64,000 nt of DNA. It comes from an uncultured Ignavibacteriales bacterium. Its GTDB lineage: Bacteria; Zixibacteria; MSB-5A5; GN15; FEB-12. The stretch covers positions 1 to 64,000 of the forward strand of contig CAYXJN010000009.1 in the NCBI GenBank assembly GCA_964464605.1. Direction: 5' to 3'. Each line of letters starts with the position of its first letter. The first letter of the stretch is position 1. The notes beneath the pieces are model-generated. The model searched no databases. It was not told the origin of the DNA and was given only the letters and a program-made list of their open reading frames with translations. The position numbers were made by a program, and so were the translations under genes. Below are positions 37,061 through 46,809 of the stretch, piece after piece.

Positions 37061-37122
37061 TGTATGTCCTTATTATTGTCTTATATGCTCAGTGCTTACG
37101 GCTGCAACCGATAGGCACTTGG

Positions 37123-37497
37123 TTACTTCTTAACTCCTGAAACAGCAGTCGATTTGACTGCCGACTTCTCATCCGTAGCAGGAAGCACCGTCGTGCTCTT
37201 TGCTACCCAATTTGCGTACACGCTCGTCATAAATCGGAACGTGAAACCGTTAATTGAGAACATCGTACCCAAACCGGAACCGCTTTCGGGAACAACCAGT
37301 CGGGTCATCGGACGTGGCGTTGTACCGTCACCGGTACCACCACTACCGCTGCCACCGTTGCTACCCGAACCTTGACCGCCTGCAGGAGATGAATCACCAT
37401 CCCAAGGATGCTCACCTGCCCAAACAACTGGCTGGCACACCAATGAGACTATCATCAGTATGAGCGGGATAATCATTTTTAATTTACTGATTTTCAT
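37123..37497 (-). CDS. Small secreted Gly/Ser-rich protein (124 aa)
   Basis: Signal peptide MKISKLKMIIPLILMIVSLVCQPVVWA, followed by a low-complexity GGQGSGSNGGSGSGGTGDG region. Lies immediately upstream of the sigma-54 activator on the same strand. Confidence 0.5.
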   Translation of the reverse strand: MKISKLKMIIPLILMIVSLVCQPVVWAGEHPWDGDSSPAGGQGSGSNGGSGSGGTGDGTTPRPMTRLVVPESGSGLGTMFSINGFTFRFMTSVYANWVAKSTTVLPATDEKSAVKSTAVSGVKK

Positions 37498-37620
37498 ATA
37501 TCAGCCTCCGACACAGCGGCGACTCCGTCGAGCGCCTGCCTAAAGATTATTTTTCGAAACATATTAGGACGGCAAATACGAATTCCAGAATGAGCTTCAA
37601 GCGCAGGTTTTGCCAAGAGT

Positions 37621-37649
37621 ATATTACGAAATGGCTAATTCTTTGTCAA
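37621..37649 (-). promoter_or_regulatory. Candidate sigma-70 promoter (TTGACA-17-TAATAT) upstream of the small secreted protein / activator genes
   Basis: Minus strand reads TTGACAaagaattagccatttcgTAATAT: a near-consensus -35/-10 pair with 17-nt spacing, about 120 nt upstream of the ATG at 37497. Confidence 0.35.
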
Positions 37650-37696
37650 GCAGTATTTGCGCAGGCGCAGAAGCTGCGAAATTGTCTGCTATTTGA

Positions 37697-38743
37697 TCAA
37701 CGCTGTGAGGTTGTAAAAAGGTTCCGAATCGCCTCAAACACCATATCTACCGATAGTTCCTTCATACAAGCCATGAAATTTGGTCCCGATAACGGGCAAG
37801 TGTTTTTGAGACAACTTATACAGGGGAGCTCACTTCGGTAGAGTATTTGGGCATTCCAAGCCAAAGGGACTGTAGCTTGTGGGTCCCCCGCCCCAAACAA
37901 TACAACAATCCGGCTTCCTACCGAAGCTGCCAGATGCGCCGGTCCGGAGTCATCCCCCACAAACAGCCGCGCCATCGACATAAGAGCGCCAACTTCCCTG
38001 AGCGTATTTTTCCCCGCCAGATTTACGAGCTTAGCACTTCCGACCGCCTGGATAATTGCCTCACCTATAGCATTGTCCTCTTTAGAGCCAACCAGAAGGA
38101 TGTGGTATCCGTATTCATCCAAAAGCCGTCTGCACAGAGCCGTGTAGTTTTCCTGTCCCCATCGTCGGGAATCCGCTTTGGAACGGAAGCCGATAACGAA
38201 ATACGGGGCATCCTGACCGACATCAAATGAAACGAGCAGCTCCTTGGCCGCGGCAATATCCTCATCACCTAAGAAAAGTTTGGGACGGGAGTACGTAAGC
38301 TCTGCTGCACTTCCTCGTCTGAGCAGATTGAAATAGAGTTCACTGCGATGCACGGAGTTCATCGGCTCCGGAAGCGGTAGCGGCTTTGTTAACAGCAAAC
38401 GACGCCCATCGGCAATATACCCGACCCGTTCTTTTACTCCTGCCAACTTGAACGCAGCGGCAGAACCGAATGAAGGGGGCAGTACATAACCGACATCGTA
38501 GGTCTTTTTTTCAAGCAATGCTTTGATCTTAAAAATAGCGAGCGGCCCATGCAAATGCGCCGGCGGAATCGGCACAACATGATCTATGGAAACATGATTG
38601 GTGACGAGCGATGATAAATGGTCAGGGATTAAAACGGTCACCTCGGAGCCGGGATACGCCTCACGAGTTTCGGTTATCATCGGCAAGGCCATGATAAAGT
38701 CGCCGAGATGATTCGGTGTGCGAATGACTATCTGTACGGCCAT
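37697..38743 (-). CDS. Glycosyltransferase family 9 (LPS heptosyltransferase-like)
   Basis: GT9 architecture: MAVQIVIRTPNHLGDFIMALP N-terminus and GDDSGPAHLAAS C-terminal motif. Confidence 0.8.
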   Translation of the reverse strand: MAVQIVIRTPNHLGDFIMALPMITETREAYPGSEVTVLIPDHLSSLVTNHVSIDHVVPIPPAHLHGPLAIFKIKALLEKKTYDVGYVLPPSFGSAAAFKLAGVKERVGYIADGRRLLLTKPLPLPEPMNSVHRSELYFNLLRRGSAAELTYSRPKLFLGDEDIAAAKELLVSFDVGQDAPYFVIGFRSKADSRRWGQENYTALCRRLLDEYGYHILLVGSKEDNAIGEAIIQAVGSAKLVNLAGKNTLREVGALMSMARLFVGDDSGPAHLAASVGSRIVVLFGAGDPQATVPLAWNAQILYRSELPCISCLKNTCPLSGPNFMACMKELSVDMVFEAIRNLFTTSQR

Positions 38744-40203
38744 TAACTGGTATACTTGCTCTCAAGATCGACGCGATCAAGCAGATATTTTTGTAACTCC
38801 TCAAGGTATGCCTGCCGTGCGGCATGATAATCGACCCGGCTGGTGTGATATTGCACGACCGAAACCTGGCCGTCTTTGAAGCGAAACTCCGCGATATCCA
38901 GTTTCTTTTTAGTGAGATCGATTTTATGTCTGAGAACATCGAGCTTTTTGAATGAAACATCCAACCGGCCCAATAAATTAGTCAGTTCTGTTTGCGCCGT
39001 TTTTTTGGCTCGTTCCAGTTCGATTTTGCTTTTTTCCGCGCTCAGTTCGGCGGCTTTCACTTCGGCTGCTGATGCTCCCCCATCCCAAATCGGTATGGAA
39101 AGATTCAGACCTATCTGCCAATTACTCGTTCGTATTTCATCATCCGGTTCTTCATCGGAACTGACTGTGCCGCGTCCAAAGGCGTAACTCGCCGCCAGAT
39201 TACCGGAAATCCCGTGTCCAGAGGCAGCAAACTTGGCCGCACGGCGGGATTTTTCATATTCCGCCAGCGCTTTTTGTACCGGTACTGCTTGTTCCCAATT
39301 GGCAAGCAAAGCTGTCTTTTCTTCGTTGGTCAGATTCGGCGGGGCATCCGGTATATGTAACGATATTTCTTCCGCATCCGGCAATTCGAGCATCGTCGCC
39401 AGATCACGGCGGGTCTGACCGGTTTTGTTTTCGGCATCGGTAAATTCCAGTTCCGCATCCAACCGTTTGGCTGAAGATTCCAGCGATGTTTCTTCCGGCA
39501 CGACCCCATCCACCATTTTCATCGAATCAATCCGGCTTTGATCCCGCGCCGCAATCGATTTGTCTTCGGTCGTTTCTCTATTCAGCGCCGCCAGCAAAAC
39601 ACCGAAATAGGCATTGATGACCTCTTTTTTCAACGCCGCTGATTGCTCTTTGGCCGCGAAAGTAGCGATATGGTATTCATCCCGACGCATTCCCAAATCA
39701 TGTTTTGGCTGGGATGGAGTCAGCAAAGGTTGTTCTAAATTGAAGTCGAACAAACCTTGCCGGGTAACTTCATCCGCCGTAGAATTCAAATCATTCCAAA
39801 ACGGGTATTGCGACTGATTGCGGAGAAGATTCGCCCGGGCAGTAAAACTTCCTCCGGTAATCAGGCTTTGTTTTAACTGAATGTTCGATGTCAAATCCAA
39901 ATCAGTGGTCTTAATGAGGGTTTTTTCCGGCAACCCGCCGTAAAAGCGGAATGATTGATCGTACGAATACGCCGGCACTTCCGCATTCAGTGATACTTCC
40001 GGCACATAAAAATTAATCCGCTTGGCGAAATAGTTTCGTTCCGCGACTTCCACATCCCCTTTAATCGTCGCTCCCCGGCTGGTGTGATTGACGGCAAGAT
40101 CAATCGCGTCATTCAAGGTCAAATCTCTGGCCATACTCACACTATTGATTGAGAGCATGCACACAAGCGCTACACATACGTTTTTCTTCATACCCTTACT
40201 CAT
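38743..40203 (-). CDS. TolC-family outer membrane efflux protein
   Basis: Start placed at MSKGMKKNVCVALVCMLSINSVSMA (signal peptide); the ATG overlaps the permease stop. TolC-like tandem repeat organisation (LTLNDAIDLAVNHTS...). Confidence 0.8.
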   Translation of the reverse strand: MSKGMKKNVCVALVCMLSINSVSMARDLTLNDAIDLAVNHTSRGATIKGDVEVAERNYFAKRINFYVPEVSLNAEVPAYSYDQSFRFYGGLPEKTLIKTTDLDLTSNIQLKQSLITGGSFTARANLLRNQSQYPFWNDLNSTADEVTRQGLFDFNLEQPLLTPSQPKHDLGMRRDEYHIATFAAKEQSAALKKEVINAYFGVLLAALNRETTEDKSIAARDQSRIDSMKMVDGVVPEETSLESSAKRLDAELEFTDAENKTGQTRRDLATMLELPDAEEISLHIPDAPPNLTNEEKTALLANWEQAVPVQKALAEYEKSRRAAKFAASGHGISGNLAASYAFGRGTVSSDEEPDDEIRTSNWQIGLNLSIPIWDGGASAAEVKAAELSAEKSKIELERAKKTAQTELTNLLGRLDVSFKKLDVLRHKIDLTKKKLDIAEFRFKDGQVSVVQYHTSRVDYHAARQAYLEELQKYLLDRVDLESKYTS

Positions 40204-41503
40204 ATCGTAATGCCTCGATAACATCCTGCTTTGCCGCCCGCCGTGCCGGGTAAAAACCGAACATGATTCCGACCGATGCCGACACAAACACCGCCAGAAT
40301 AATGGAGAAAAAAGAAACGACCGTTTTCCACTCGGCATAAAAGGAAATCGCTTTGGCCAACAAAAGTCCGAGCGTAACGCCGATGGTGCAGCCGATCATG
40401 CAGATTACCACCGCTTCAATTAAAAACTGCCGCATAATATCCCGCTGGGTTGCTCCCACCGCGCGGCGAACGCCGATTTCACGGGTGCGTTCAAGCACCG
40501 TTGCGAGCATGATATTCATAATCCCGATTCCACCTACCAATAGTGAAATGCCGGCTATTGCCCCCATGACGATATTAAAAATCTGCTGTGTTTTTTCGGT
40601 CTGGCGTAACAATGATTCCGGCACGACAATCTGATAATCGGCGACATTAAAATGACGGCGCGCCAGTATCCGTTCGACTAATTTAGTGACTGCTTCGACT
40701 GAGCTGATATCAACCGCGCTGACGGTTAACTGATCGATTTCCGGGTCATTATATTTTTGTACTTCTTCTCCCTCATCCCCACCCATGCGGAACGAAAAAC
40801 CTTCGTTGTTCGTTTCCCGTATCCGTTCAATTTTTTTCAAGGCGGTGGTTAGCGGGATATAGACATCATCATTGAGATTTTTTAACTCGAATCCTTCGAC
40901 TTTGCCACGTCCGATATATTTATCGGTCATCACGCCGATAACCGTAAAATTCAAATCCCCCACCCGCACCTGTTTTCCTATCGGATCGGAAAAGGCAAAC
41001 AACGCTCGCTTGGCGTTTGCCCCTAATACAATGACATTCGATGCGGTATTATTATCTGACTCTGTTATAAACCGGCCGCGTTCGACATCGACCGATGAGG
41101 CCAGCATAAATGATGGTGTGGTCGATACGATTCGCACCGATGCTTCATACGAACCGTTGTAAATCGTCGGAATAGCTTCAAAGCGCTGTGGAACGACAAT
41201 AGTAACTAAGTCCGTAAACTGGGCAATGTTTTCTGCATCAGCAATGCACAATCCCGGCGAACGGGCCAATGCCTGATCGGAACTTCTTCCTTCATCCGGC
41301 GGCACGGCGTTCACGATGACATTATTAATTCCCAAAATAGAAATCTGCTCAAGCGCTTCCCGTTTTGCTCCCTCACCAATAGAAAGCATGGAGATAACGG
41401 CCGAGACGCCGAAGATAACTCCCAACATAGTCAGTGAGGTTCGGAGTTTATGGGTCTTAAGCGAATCGAAGGAAAGCTGGAAAAGCGGACGGAACTCCAT
41501 CAA
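40196..41503 (-). CDS. ABC transporter permease, MacB/FtsX family (no fused ATPase)
   Basis: N-terminal TM, a large MacB-type periplasmic domain, and three C-terminal TM helices with FtsX-like topology. Confidence 0.8.
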   Translation of the reverse strand: MMEFRPLFQLSFDSLKTHKLRTSLTMLGVIFGVSAVISMLSIGEGAKREALEQISILGINNVIVNAVPPDEGRSSDQALARSPGLCIADAENIAQFTDLVTIVVPQRFEAIPTIYNGSYEASVRIVSTTPSFMLASSVDVERGRFITESDNNTASNVIVLGANAKRALFAFSDPIGKQVRVGDLNFTVIGVMTDKYIGRGKVEGFELKNLNDDVYIPLTTALKKIERIRETNNEGFSFRMGGDEGEEVQKYNDPEIDQLTVSAVDISSVEAVTKLVERILARRHFNVADYQIVVPESLLRQTEKTQQIFNIVMGAIAGISLLVGGIGIMNIMLATVLERTREIGVRRAVGATQRDIMRQFLIEAVVICMIGCTIGVTLGLLLAKAISFYAEWKTVVSFFSIILAVFVSASVGIMFGFYPARRAAKQDVIEALRYE

Positions 41504-42753
41504 GAGCCTTTACGTCCGCGTCCGCCGGATGGCGCTGGAGCGCCTTGCTCAGTGGTATTCAATTCCGGTTTAGTCGCTTTATCACCGGGCAATTGCTGCT
41601 GCTCGATAGTCGGATCGATCAAACAGATCTGCTCATCCCCTTTGAGTCCTTCGATAATTTCGATCCGCATATCATTGCGTTCACCGACTTTGACCGGCTG
41701 CTTTTTCTTGTTGGATAAATAGACCACCGATTCCCCATCCCGCTCGAACACCGCTTCAAGCGGCACCGTTACGACATCAGGACGGGTATCGAGAATTATT
41801 TTGGTAGAAGCAGACATCCCAGGTTTGAGCTTATCATCCCCGTTGGTAATGCCGACTTCGACATCGAACACGTTGATTTTGGAATTGTATTCTTTCTTCC
41901 GGGCGAGGGTCCCTTTTTTGATGATCTTACCGGTGTAGACATGATCCGGAAAGGCATCGACAATAATCGAGACTGCCTGATCCACATTGACTTTGCTGGC
42001 ATCAATTTCAGAAACGGTCGTGCGGATAATCATTTCGGACAAATCAGGCAGATTGATAAGCCCCTGACCCGGCCATGGGGAATCCCCTTCCTGTACTTTC
42101 GATGTTCCGCTCCCTTTCCAGGTTTCCAAATAGACAACCATACCCGGAATCGGCGCTTCGACCGTGGTCTGCCCCATTTCCCGCTGGGAAATGGTCAGCT
42201 TATCTTTGGCACGGGAAACTTCCACTTCCGCTTTTTCCACATCAGCTTTTAACTGATCGAGCTTTGCTTTGTAATTTAGCTCGGCAAGCTCAAGCTCCAT
42301 TTTGGCTTCTTCGGCCACGCGGGGAGCCTCATGCTTTTTCTCATCATAATTGCGGCGGGAACGCTCCAGTTCAAGTTTCAGCTGTTTTTCCTGAATGGTG
42401 TGTTCCTGTTTCGCCCGTTCCAAAGCTGATGTTTGAATTTTGAGATTCGATTCATTATCCGCCAGATCGGCTGTTTGCTTAGTGGCGTCAAACTTGATTA
42501 CCGCGTCCCCCTGTTTGACCATACTCCCTTCCGGAGCCAGCCAGACAATCTGTAGATCCCGAACGCGAGGGGCAGTTAAGGTAAAGGCTCGCTTGGCATC
42601 GACTGTTCCGGTTTCGTTAAGCGCGATAACAAATTCCCCTTTTTCGGCTGCCGTCGTCGGAATTTCGTAGTCACGGGTGAACAGGGCGTTAACGCCGTAA
42701 TACCCCCCGAAAATGACCACCAAGACAATCGCGATTGTTACAATTCGTTTCAC
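41500..42753 (-). CDS. Efflux transporter periplasmic adaptor subunit (HlyD/MacA family)
   Basis: N-terminal TM anchor, long coiled-coil hairpin (KLDQLKADVEKAEVEVSRAKDKL...) and beta-barrel domains. Overlaps the permease gene by 4 nt. Confidence 0.8.
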   Translation of the reverse strand: MKRIVTIAIVLVVIFGGYYGVNALFTRDYEIPTTAAEKGEFVIALNETGTVDAKRAFTLTAPRVRDLQIVWLAPEGSMVKQGDAVIKFDATKQTADLADNESNLKIQTSALERAKQEHTIQEKQLKLELERSRRNYDEKKHEAPRVAEEAKMELELAELNYKAKLDQLKADVEKAEVEVSRAKDKLTISQREMGQTTVEAPIPGMVVYLETWKGSGTSKVQEGDSPWPGQGLINLPDLSEMIIRTTVSEIDASKVNVDQAVSIIVDAFPDHVYTGKIIKKGTLARKKEYNSKINVFDVEVGITNGDDKLKPGMSASTKIILDTRPDVVTVPLEAVFERDGESVVYLSNKKKQPVKVGERNDMRIEIIEGLKGDEQICLIDPTIEQQQLPGDKATKPELNTTEQGAPAPSGGRGRKGS

Positions 42754-42841
42754 ACAGTCCCTTTCCTATCACATCGGGCACGTTGTCCCGGGGCATCAGT
42801 CCTTGCCTTTGTACGAAAGTTTTGCAATCAGGTTGCAAAAC

Positions 42842-43726
42842 TTACAATTTCCAGCGGCGATGTGTCCACATCCACTGGTCGGGATATTTCGTAATGTTTT
42901 CTTCCAGAAACTGAATATATGCCCGGGTAATCCGTTCGATGTTTTCATCCTCTGTTAGAGCCGGGTCAGGATAAATCGGTTCCCCGGAAATCACCGCATG
43001 ATAATCATATCGAGTGCGCAGCAACAGTACCGGCACGACCGGACATTCGGCACGAACGGCAAACAAGGCGGGCCCTTTGGCGAAGGCTGCCTCTCGTCCT
43101 AAAAAGGGGAATCGTAATGCCCCGCTGGCCGGGGCATGCTGGTCGGCGGCTATCGCAACAAAATGATTTTTCCGTAATGCCCGCATCACTAACCCGACCG
43201 CCTTGCCGGACGGTAACGGAGTCGTACCTAATATGCGGCGATATTTGAGAAGCAGGTCATTGGTAAACCGGTTGTGCTGTTCGGCCACGATGACATCCAT
43301 TTCATAGTTGCGAAATGCTTTGGGGGCGGCGGATAATAGCTCCCAATTTCCGAAATGCGCCGTCACAAAAATTCCCCCTTTACCTCCGGTATGAAGCGTA
43401 TCCATAATCGATGCCGCTTCGTACCGCATTATCGCTTTCGCACCGGACAGACCGAGTTTGGGGAAACGGGTGATTTCGACTAACGTCCGCCCGATGTTTT
43501 GAAAAACCGATTTCGCTATCGCCTGTAATTCCGGTTCTGATTTTGTTTCTCCAAAACTTGCGCGCAGATTATCAAGCGCAACTCGACGGCGGCTCCCCCA
43601 AACTACCCATGCCGTATTACCTATACAAACGCCGAAACTATCCGCCGCTTTCGGTGACAGCAATCGGGCGAACCATCCCCCTGCAACAATTACCAGATAA
43701 ACAAAGTAATCCCCTATTGTCGCCAT
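42842..43726 (-). CDS. lpxL: Lipid A biosynthesis lauroyl/myristoyl acyltransferase family (LpxL/HtrB-like)
   Basis: LPLAT superfamily with HFGNWE motif; 294 aa. Confidence 0.7.
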   Translation of the reverse strand: MATIGDYFVYLVIVAGGWFARLLSPKAADSFGVCIGNTAWVVWGSRRRVALDNLRASFGETKSEPELQAIAKSVFQNIGRTLVEITRFPKLGLSGAKAIMRYEAASIMDTLHTGGKGGIFVTAHFGNWELLSAAPKAFRNYEMDVIVAEQHNRFTNDLLLKYRRILGTTPLPSGKAVGLVMRALRKNHFVAIAADQHAPASGALRFPFLGREAAFAKGPALFAVRAECPVVPVLLLRTRYDYHAVISGEPIYPDPALTEDENIERITRAYIQFLEENITKYPDQWMWTHRRWKL

Positions 43727-44673
43727 GGCTCATCATCATCGGCCTGCTCCGGATTATCGGGATCGCCGTAATCGAAATCTTTCGATTCCAGTTCCTCCTC
43801 TTTTTCCCAGCGTTTGTACACCGAGCGACGGCGGCGATAGGTAAGAATCACGCCGACAATCAGCACAACGGCCAGGAACATCCAGAAATAAATAGTATCC
43901 ATAAATAAGTTGGTGATAGTATACCGCTCTTTGAGCCAATCCTGGTATTCCTTTTCGAAACCGGCGTAGTTCGATCCGGTCGACTTTACCAGCGCGCTGT
44001 CTATTGTTTCTCCGGCCGATAAGGCATCGAGAAACAACATCACCCCGTTCACCTGATAACTGTCATAGAAATATTTAACCGCTAAATATGACTCAGCATA
44101 TGCGACCTGTGCTTCCCCCTCCTGAAAGCGGTTAACCATATCAATTTCAGCAAGCGGGATCGTTTGTCCGAACAACACCGCACGGCTCATGGCGAGATTG
44201 GCATCCCATCCCCATTCTGTGCTGACTAACATTGCCAGCCCTTCATCGAACCAGCGGGGGGCAACACGAAAACCGAGTTTATGCGCTAAAGCTAAGTGCG
44301 AGTATTCATGCCGTACTAACTCTTCGAGTGATTTGCCGAGATTGAACGCAAGCGGAGATTTGATAACAATCACCCCTTCCTCAGGCAATGCCGCCGCCGC
44401 TCCCCAATCCGGAAATTTGCCGCCTAGTAATGAATCGAACCGCGCAGCGGAATTGACGACGTATATCTCCGGACGATACGATAATGAATCCCGCAACCGG
44501 TGAATCAACTGTGCGCGGGTATCGATGAGAGAAGCGGTAACTATTTCCGCATCTGAAGGAGTATCGAGATGTAAAATCGCGTATTGGTGTTCAATGACTG
44601 TGTCGGCTGATAATGACTGACACAAAAGCAGCAACGCCGCCAGCCGAACAAACAGATGTCTGATGTTTCGCAC
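43714..44673 (-). CDS. Putative membrane-anchored zinc metallopeptidase-like protein (HExxH) with acidic C-terminal tail
   Basis: Signal peptide; HEYSHLALAHKL plus downstream FDEGLA (HExxH...E); C-terminal TM helix, then an Asp/Glu-rich tail. Confidence 0.5.
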   Translation of the reverse strand: MRNIRHLFVRLAALLLLCQSLSADTVIEHQYAILHLDTPSDAEIVTASLIDTRAQLIHRLRDSLSYRPEIYVVNSAARFDSLLGGKFPDWGAAAALPEEGVIVIKSPLAFNLGKSLEELVRHEYSHLALAHKLGFRVAPRWFDEGLAMLVSTEWGWDANLAMSRAVLFGQTIPLAEIDMVNRFQEGEAQVAYAESYLAVKYFYDSYQVNGVMLFLDALSAGETIDSALVKSTGSNYAGFEKEYQDWLKERYTITNLFMDTIYFWMFLAVVLIVGVILTYRRRRSVYKRWEKEEELESKDFDYGDPDNPEQADDDEPWRQ

Positions 44674-44714
44674 GGGATAAAAATAGATAATCGAACGGAA
44701 GAAGTGAAGTGCCG

Positions 44715-45767
44715 TTATTTGGTAACGGATGACTGCCGGTTTTTAATGACTGATTCTATTTTGGTTAACGCCGTCTGACAATCATCACGGGAAACATCTA
44801 AATGCGTCACGAACCGTATCTTCTGTTTGCCGAACGGAACGGCAAGTACCCCGTTTTCTTTCATTGTAGCCAGCAAATGATCGACTGAAATTGCGGAGTC
44901 GATATTCGCGATGATGATATTCGTTTCTACGCGGCTCATATCGACTTTGAAAAACGGCAGATGGTTTAAGCCTTCAGCCAAAAACTTCGCGTTTTTGTGA
45001 TCTTCTGCTAACCGCGCGATATTATTGTCGAACGCATACAATGCCGCAGCCGCTAACACCCCGGCCTGACGCATCCCGCCGCCAAAGAGCTTTCGCTCTC
45101 GTCTGCATTTCGTAACAAAATCAGCTTTCCCTAAAATCATCGATCCGACCGGCGCACCCAGTCCTTTGGAAAAGCAGACTGATGTCGAATCGAACGGCGC
45201 AACCAATTCCGCGATCGGTTTACCGGTCGCAACATGGGCATGCCAGATTCGGGCGCCATCAAGGTGAAACGCCAGATCGAATTCATTGCACACGTCCCGC
45301 ACTTTCAAAATTTCATCCTGCGGCAGAATCGTTCCGCCATGACGGTTGTGCGTATTTTCCAATTCGACAATCCGGGTAAGCGGAGTATGTAAATTTCGCG
45401 GTCTGATATGATCCCGCACGACATCAGCGGTTAACATTCCCCGTTCGGTAGTAATTAAATTGATAAGTAAACCGGCATGAACAACCGGACCGGCCAGTTC
45501 ATAATTGACGACATGGCATTCCCGGTCGCACAGCATTTCATCGCCGCGATTGGTATGCACTTTCAGGCAAATCTGATTCCCCATGGTACCACTCGGTACA
45601 TATAAACCAGCTTCCTTACCGAACAGTCTCGCAACTTTTGCCTCGAGCAGATTGACTGTCGGGTCATCGCCGAACACATCATCCCCGACTTCGGCGTTGG
45701 CAATCGCCTGACGCATCGCCGGTGACGGCTTGGTAACGGTATCAGAACGGAGGTCGATATACTTCAT
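44715..45767 (-). CDS. ltaE: Low-specificity L-threonine aldolase
   Basis: Start placed at [15 protein letters not shown] (matches the LtaE N-terminus); PLP fold-type I. Confidence 0.8.
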   Translation of the reverse strand: MKYIDLRSDTVTKPSPAMRQAIANAEVGDDVFGDDPTVNLLEAKVARLFGKEAGLYVPSGTMGNQICLKVHTNRGDEMLCDRECHVVNYELAGPVVHAGLLINLITTERGMLTADVVRDHIRPRNLHTPLTRIVELENTHNRHGGTILPQDEILKVRDVCNEFDLAFHLDGARIWHAHVATGKPIAELVAPFDSTSVCFSKGLGAPVGSMILGKADFVTKCRRERKLFGGGMRQAGVLAAAALYAFDNNIARLAEDHKNAKFLAEGLNHLPFFKVDMSRVETNIIIANIDSAISVDHLLATMKENGVLAVPFGKQKIRFVTHLDVSRDDCQTALTKIESVIKNRQSSVTK

Positions 45768-45805
45768 GCGGGTAATATACACATTTTGTTGCAGGTGATA
45801 ACGGA

Positions 45806-45843
45806 CAAAAGAAAAAGGTCGTCTTATGAGGCGAGACGACCTT
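45806..45843 (-). terminator. Rho-independent terminator of cspA
   Basis: On the minus strand: AAGGTCGTCT-(9-nt loop)-AGACGACCTT followed by TTTTCTTTTGT. Confidence 0.6.
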
Positions 45844-45876
45844 CTTCATAATTTCTCTTTGGGTAATAGCGCACAA

Positions 45877-46083
45877 TCAGTGTGCGAGGGTCACATTCGT
45901 CGCGCGTAGCCCTTTATCCCCTTGGGCCAGCTCGAAAAAGACTTCCTGTCCTTCCTTGAGGGTCTTAAACCCATCCATGTTAATACTGGTGTAGTGAACA
46001 AAAACCTCCTGGCTAGCATCCTCCGAGCTGATAAATCCCCACCCTTTACTGTCGTTGAAGTACTTAACCGTGCCTTTGGACAT
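45877..46083 (-). CDS. cspA: Cold-shock protein, CspA family
   Basis: 68 aa, MSKGTVKYFNDSKGWGFI..., RNP1/RNP2 motifs. Confidence 0.9.
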   Translation of the reverse strand: MSKGTVKYFNDSKGWGFISSEDASQEVFVHYTSINMDGFKTLKEGQEVFFELAQGDKGLRATNVTLAH

Positions 46084-46176
46084 AACAAACCCTCCAAATG
46101 AGGTTTAAGGTTTTTGGCAGCATTCGCAATATATGCGATCGCATTGTAGCCAGCAAGATTTTTTGTTGGGGTAGGC

Positions 46177-46809
46177 TTAGAATCCGGTTAGGACGTTGTA
46201 AAGCAATGTCATAGCAGTACCGGAAATGAGCGGGACGGTGATGTTGTCATCGTATCTCCACGGGGCTGCTTCAACCAGCGTAGCAGCAACTGCGCCTGGA
46301 ATACCGATCGAAAGTGGAATTTCCGGAGCAAAGCATGCGACGATAAGTGTCCCCGCCAAACAGCCGAGCGAACCCTCAATCGATTTATCGCCAAAGCGAT
46401 GTTTTCCCCAGGGGCGTCCGATAATCGCTGCGAACGTATCACCGACTATAATAAATGCCAATGAGCAAACGGCAATCGGTTTGGAAAACAAAAGCACAGA
46501 CAAACAGACCGACATCAGAATAAAACTCGCGCCGGTCAGCTTCCCCGCCGCTTCATGTTTGCGGATCATCCCTCCCCAAAACGGTGCAGCAATAATTCTC
46601 CATAGCGGCCAATTGCGCAGACGGGAAACATCCAAAAGCAAAACGAACAGAGTTATCGGTACCATAATACTCAACATCCCTGTTTTAGAAAGATCAAGAA
46701 GATAATAACTGGCGGGAATAATTAAGGCGCCGAGATGCGTTCCTTTACGCCAAAGCTCCTGCGTGTACGGAATCTGACTCGTATCGGTACGCTCAACGGT
46801 TGTGGCCAT
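46177..46809 (-). CDS. CTP-dependent polyprenol/dolichol kinase family membrane protein (CTP_transf_1 superfamily)
   Basis: Multi-TM protein with GDTFAAIIGRPWGKHRFGDKSIEGS, which resembles the phytol/dolichol kinase and CdsA C-terminal motif. Confidence 0.5.
   Translation of the reverse strand: MATTVERTDTSQIPYTQELWRKGTHLGALIIPASYYLLDLSKTGMLSIMVPITLFVLLLDVSRLRNWPLWRIIAAPFWGGMIRKHEAAGKLTGASFILMSVCLSVLLFSKPIAVCSLAFIIVGDTFAAIIGRPWGKHRFGDKSIEGSLGCLAGTLIVACFAPEIPLSIGIPGAVAATLVEAAPWRYDDNITVPLISGTAMTLLYNVLTGF

Noticed and set aside
37595-37614. Sigma-54-like TGGCAaaacctGCgc motif
   Set aside because: Spacing fits, but the -12 element is GCGC rather than TTGC. It lies immediately downstream of a stronger sigma-70-like -35/-10 pair, so it is kept only as a low-confidence alternative in the findings.
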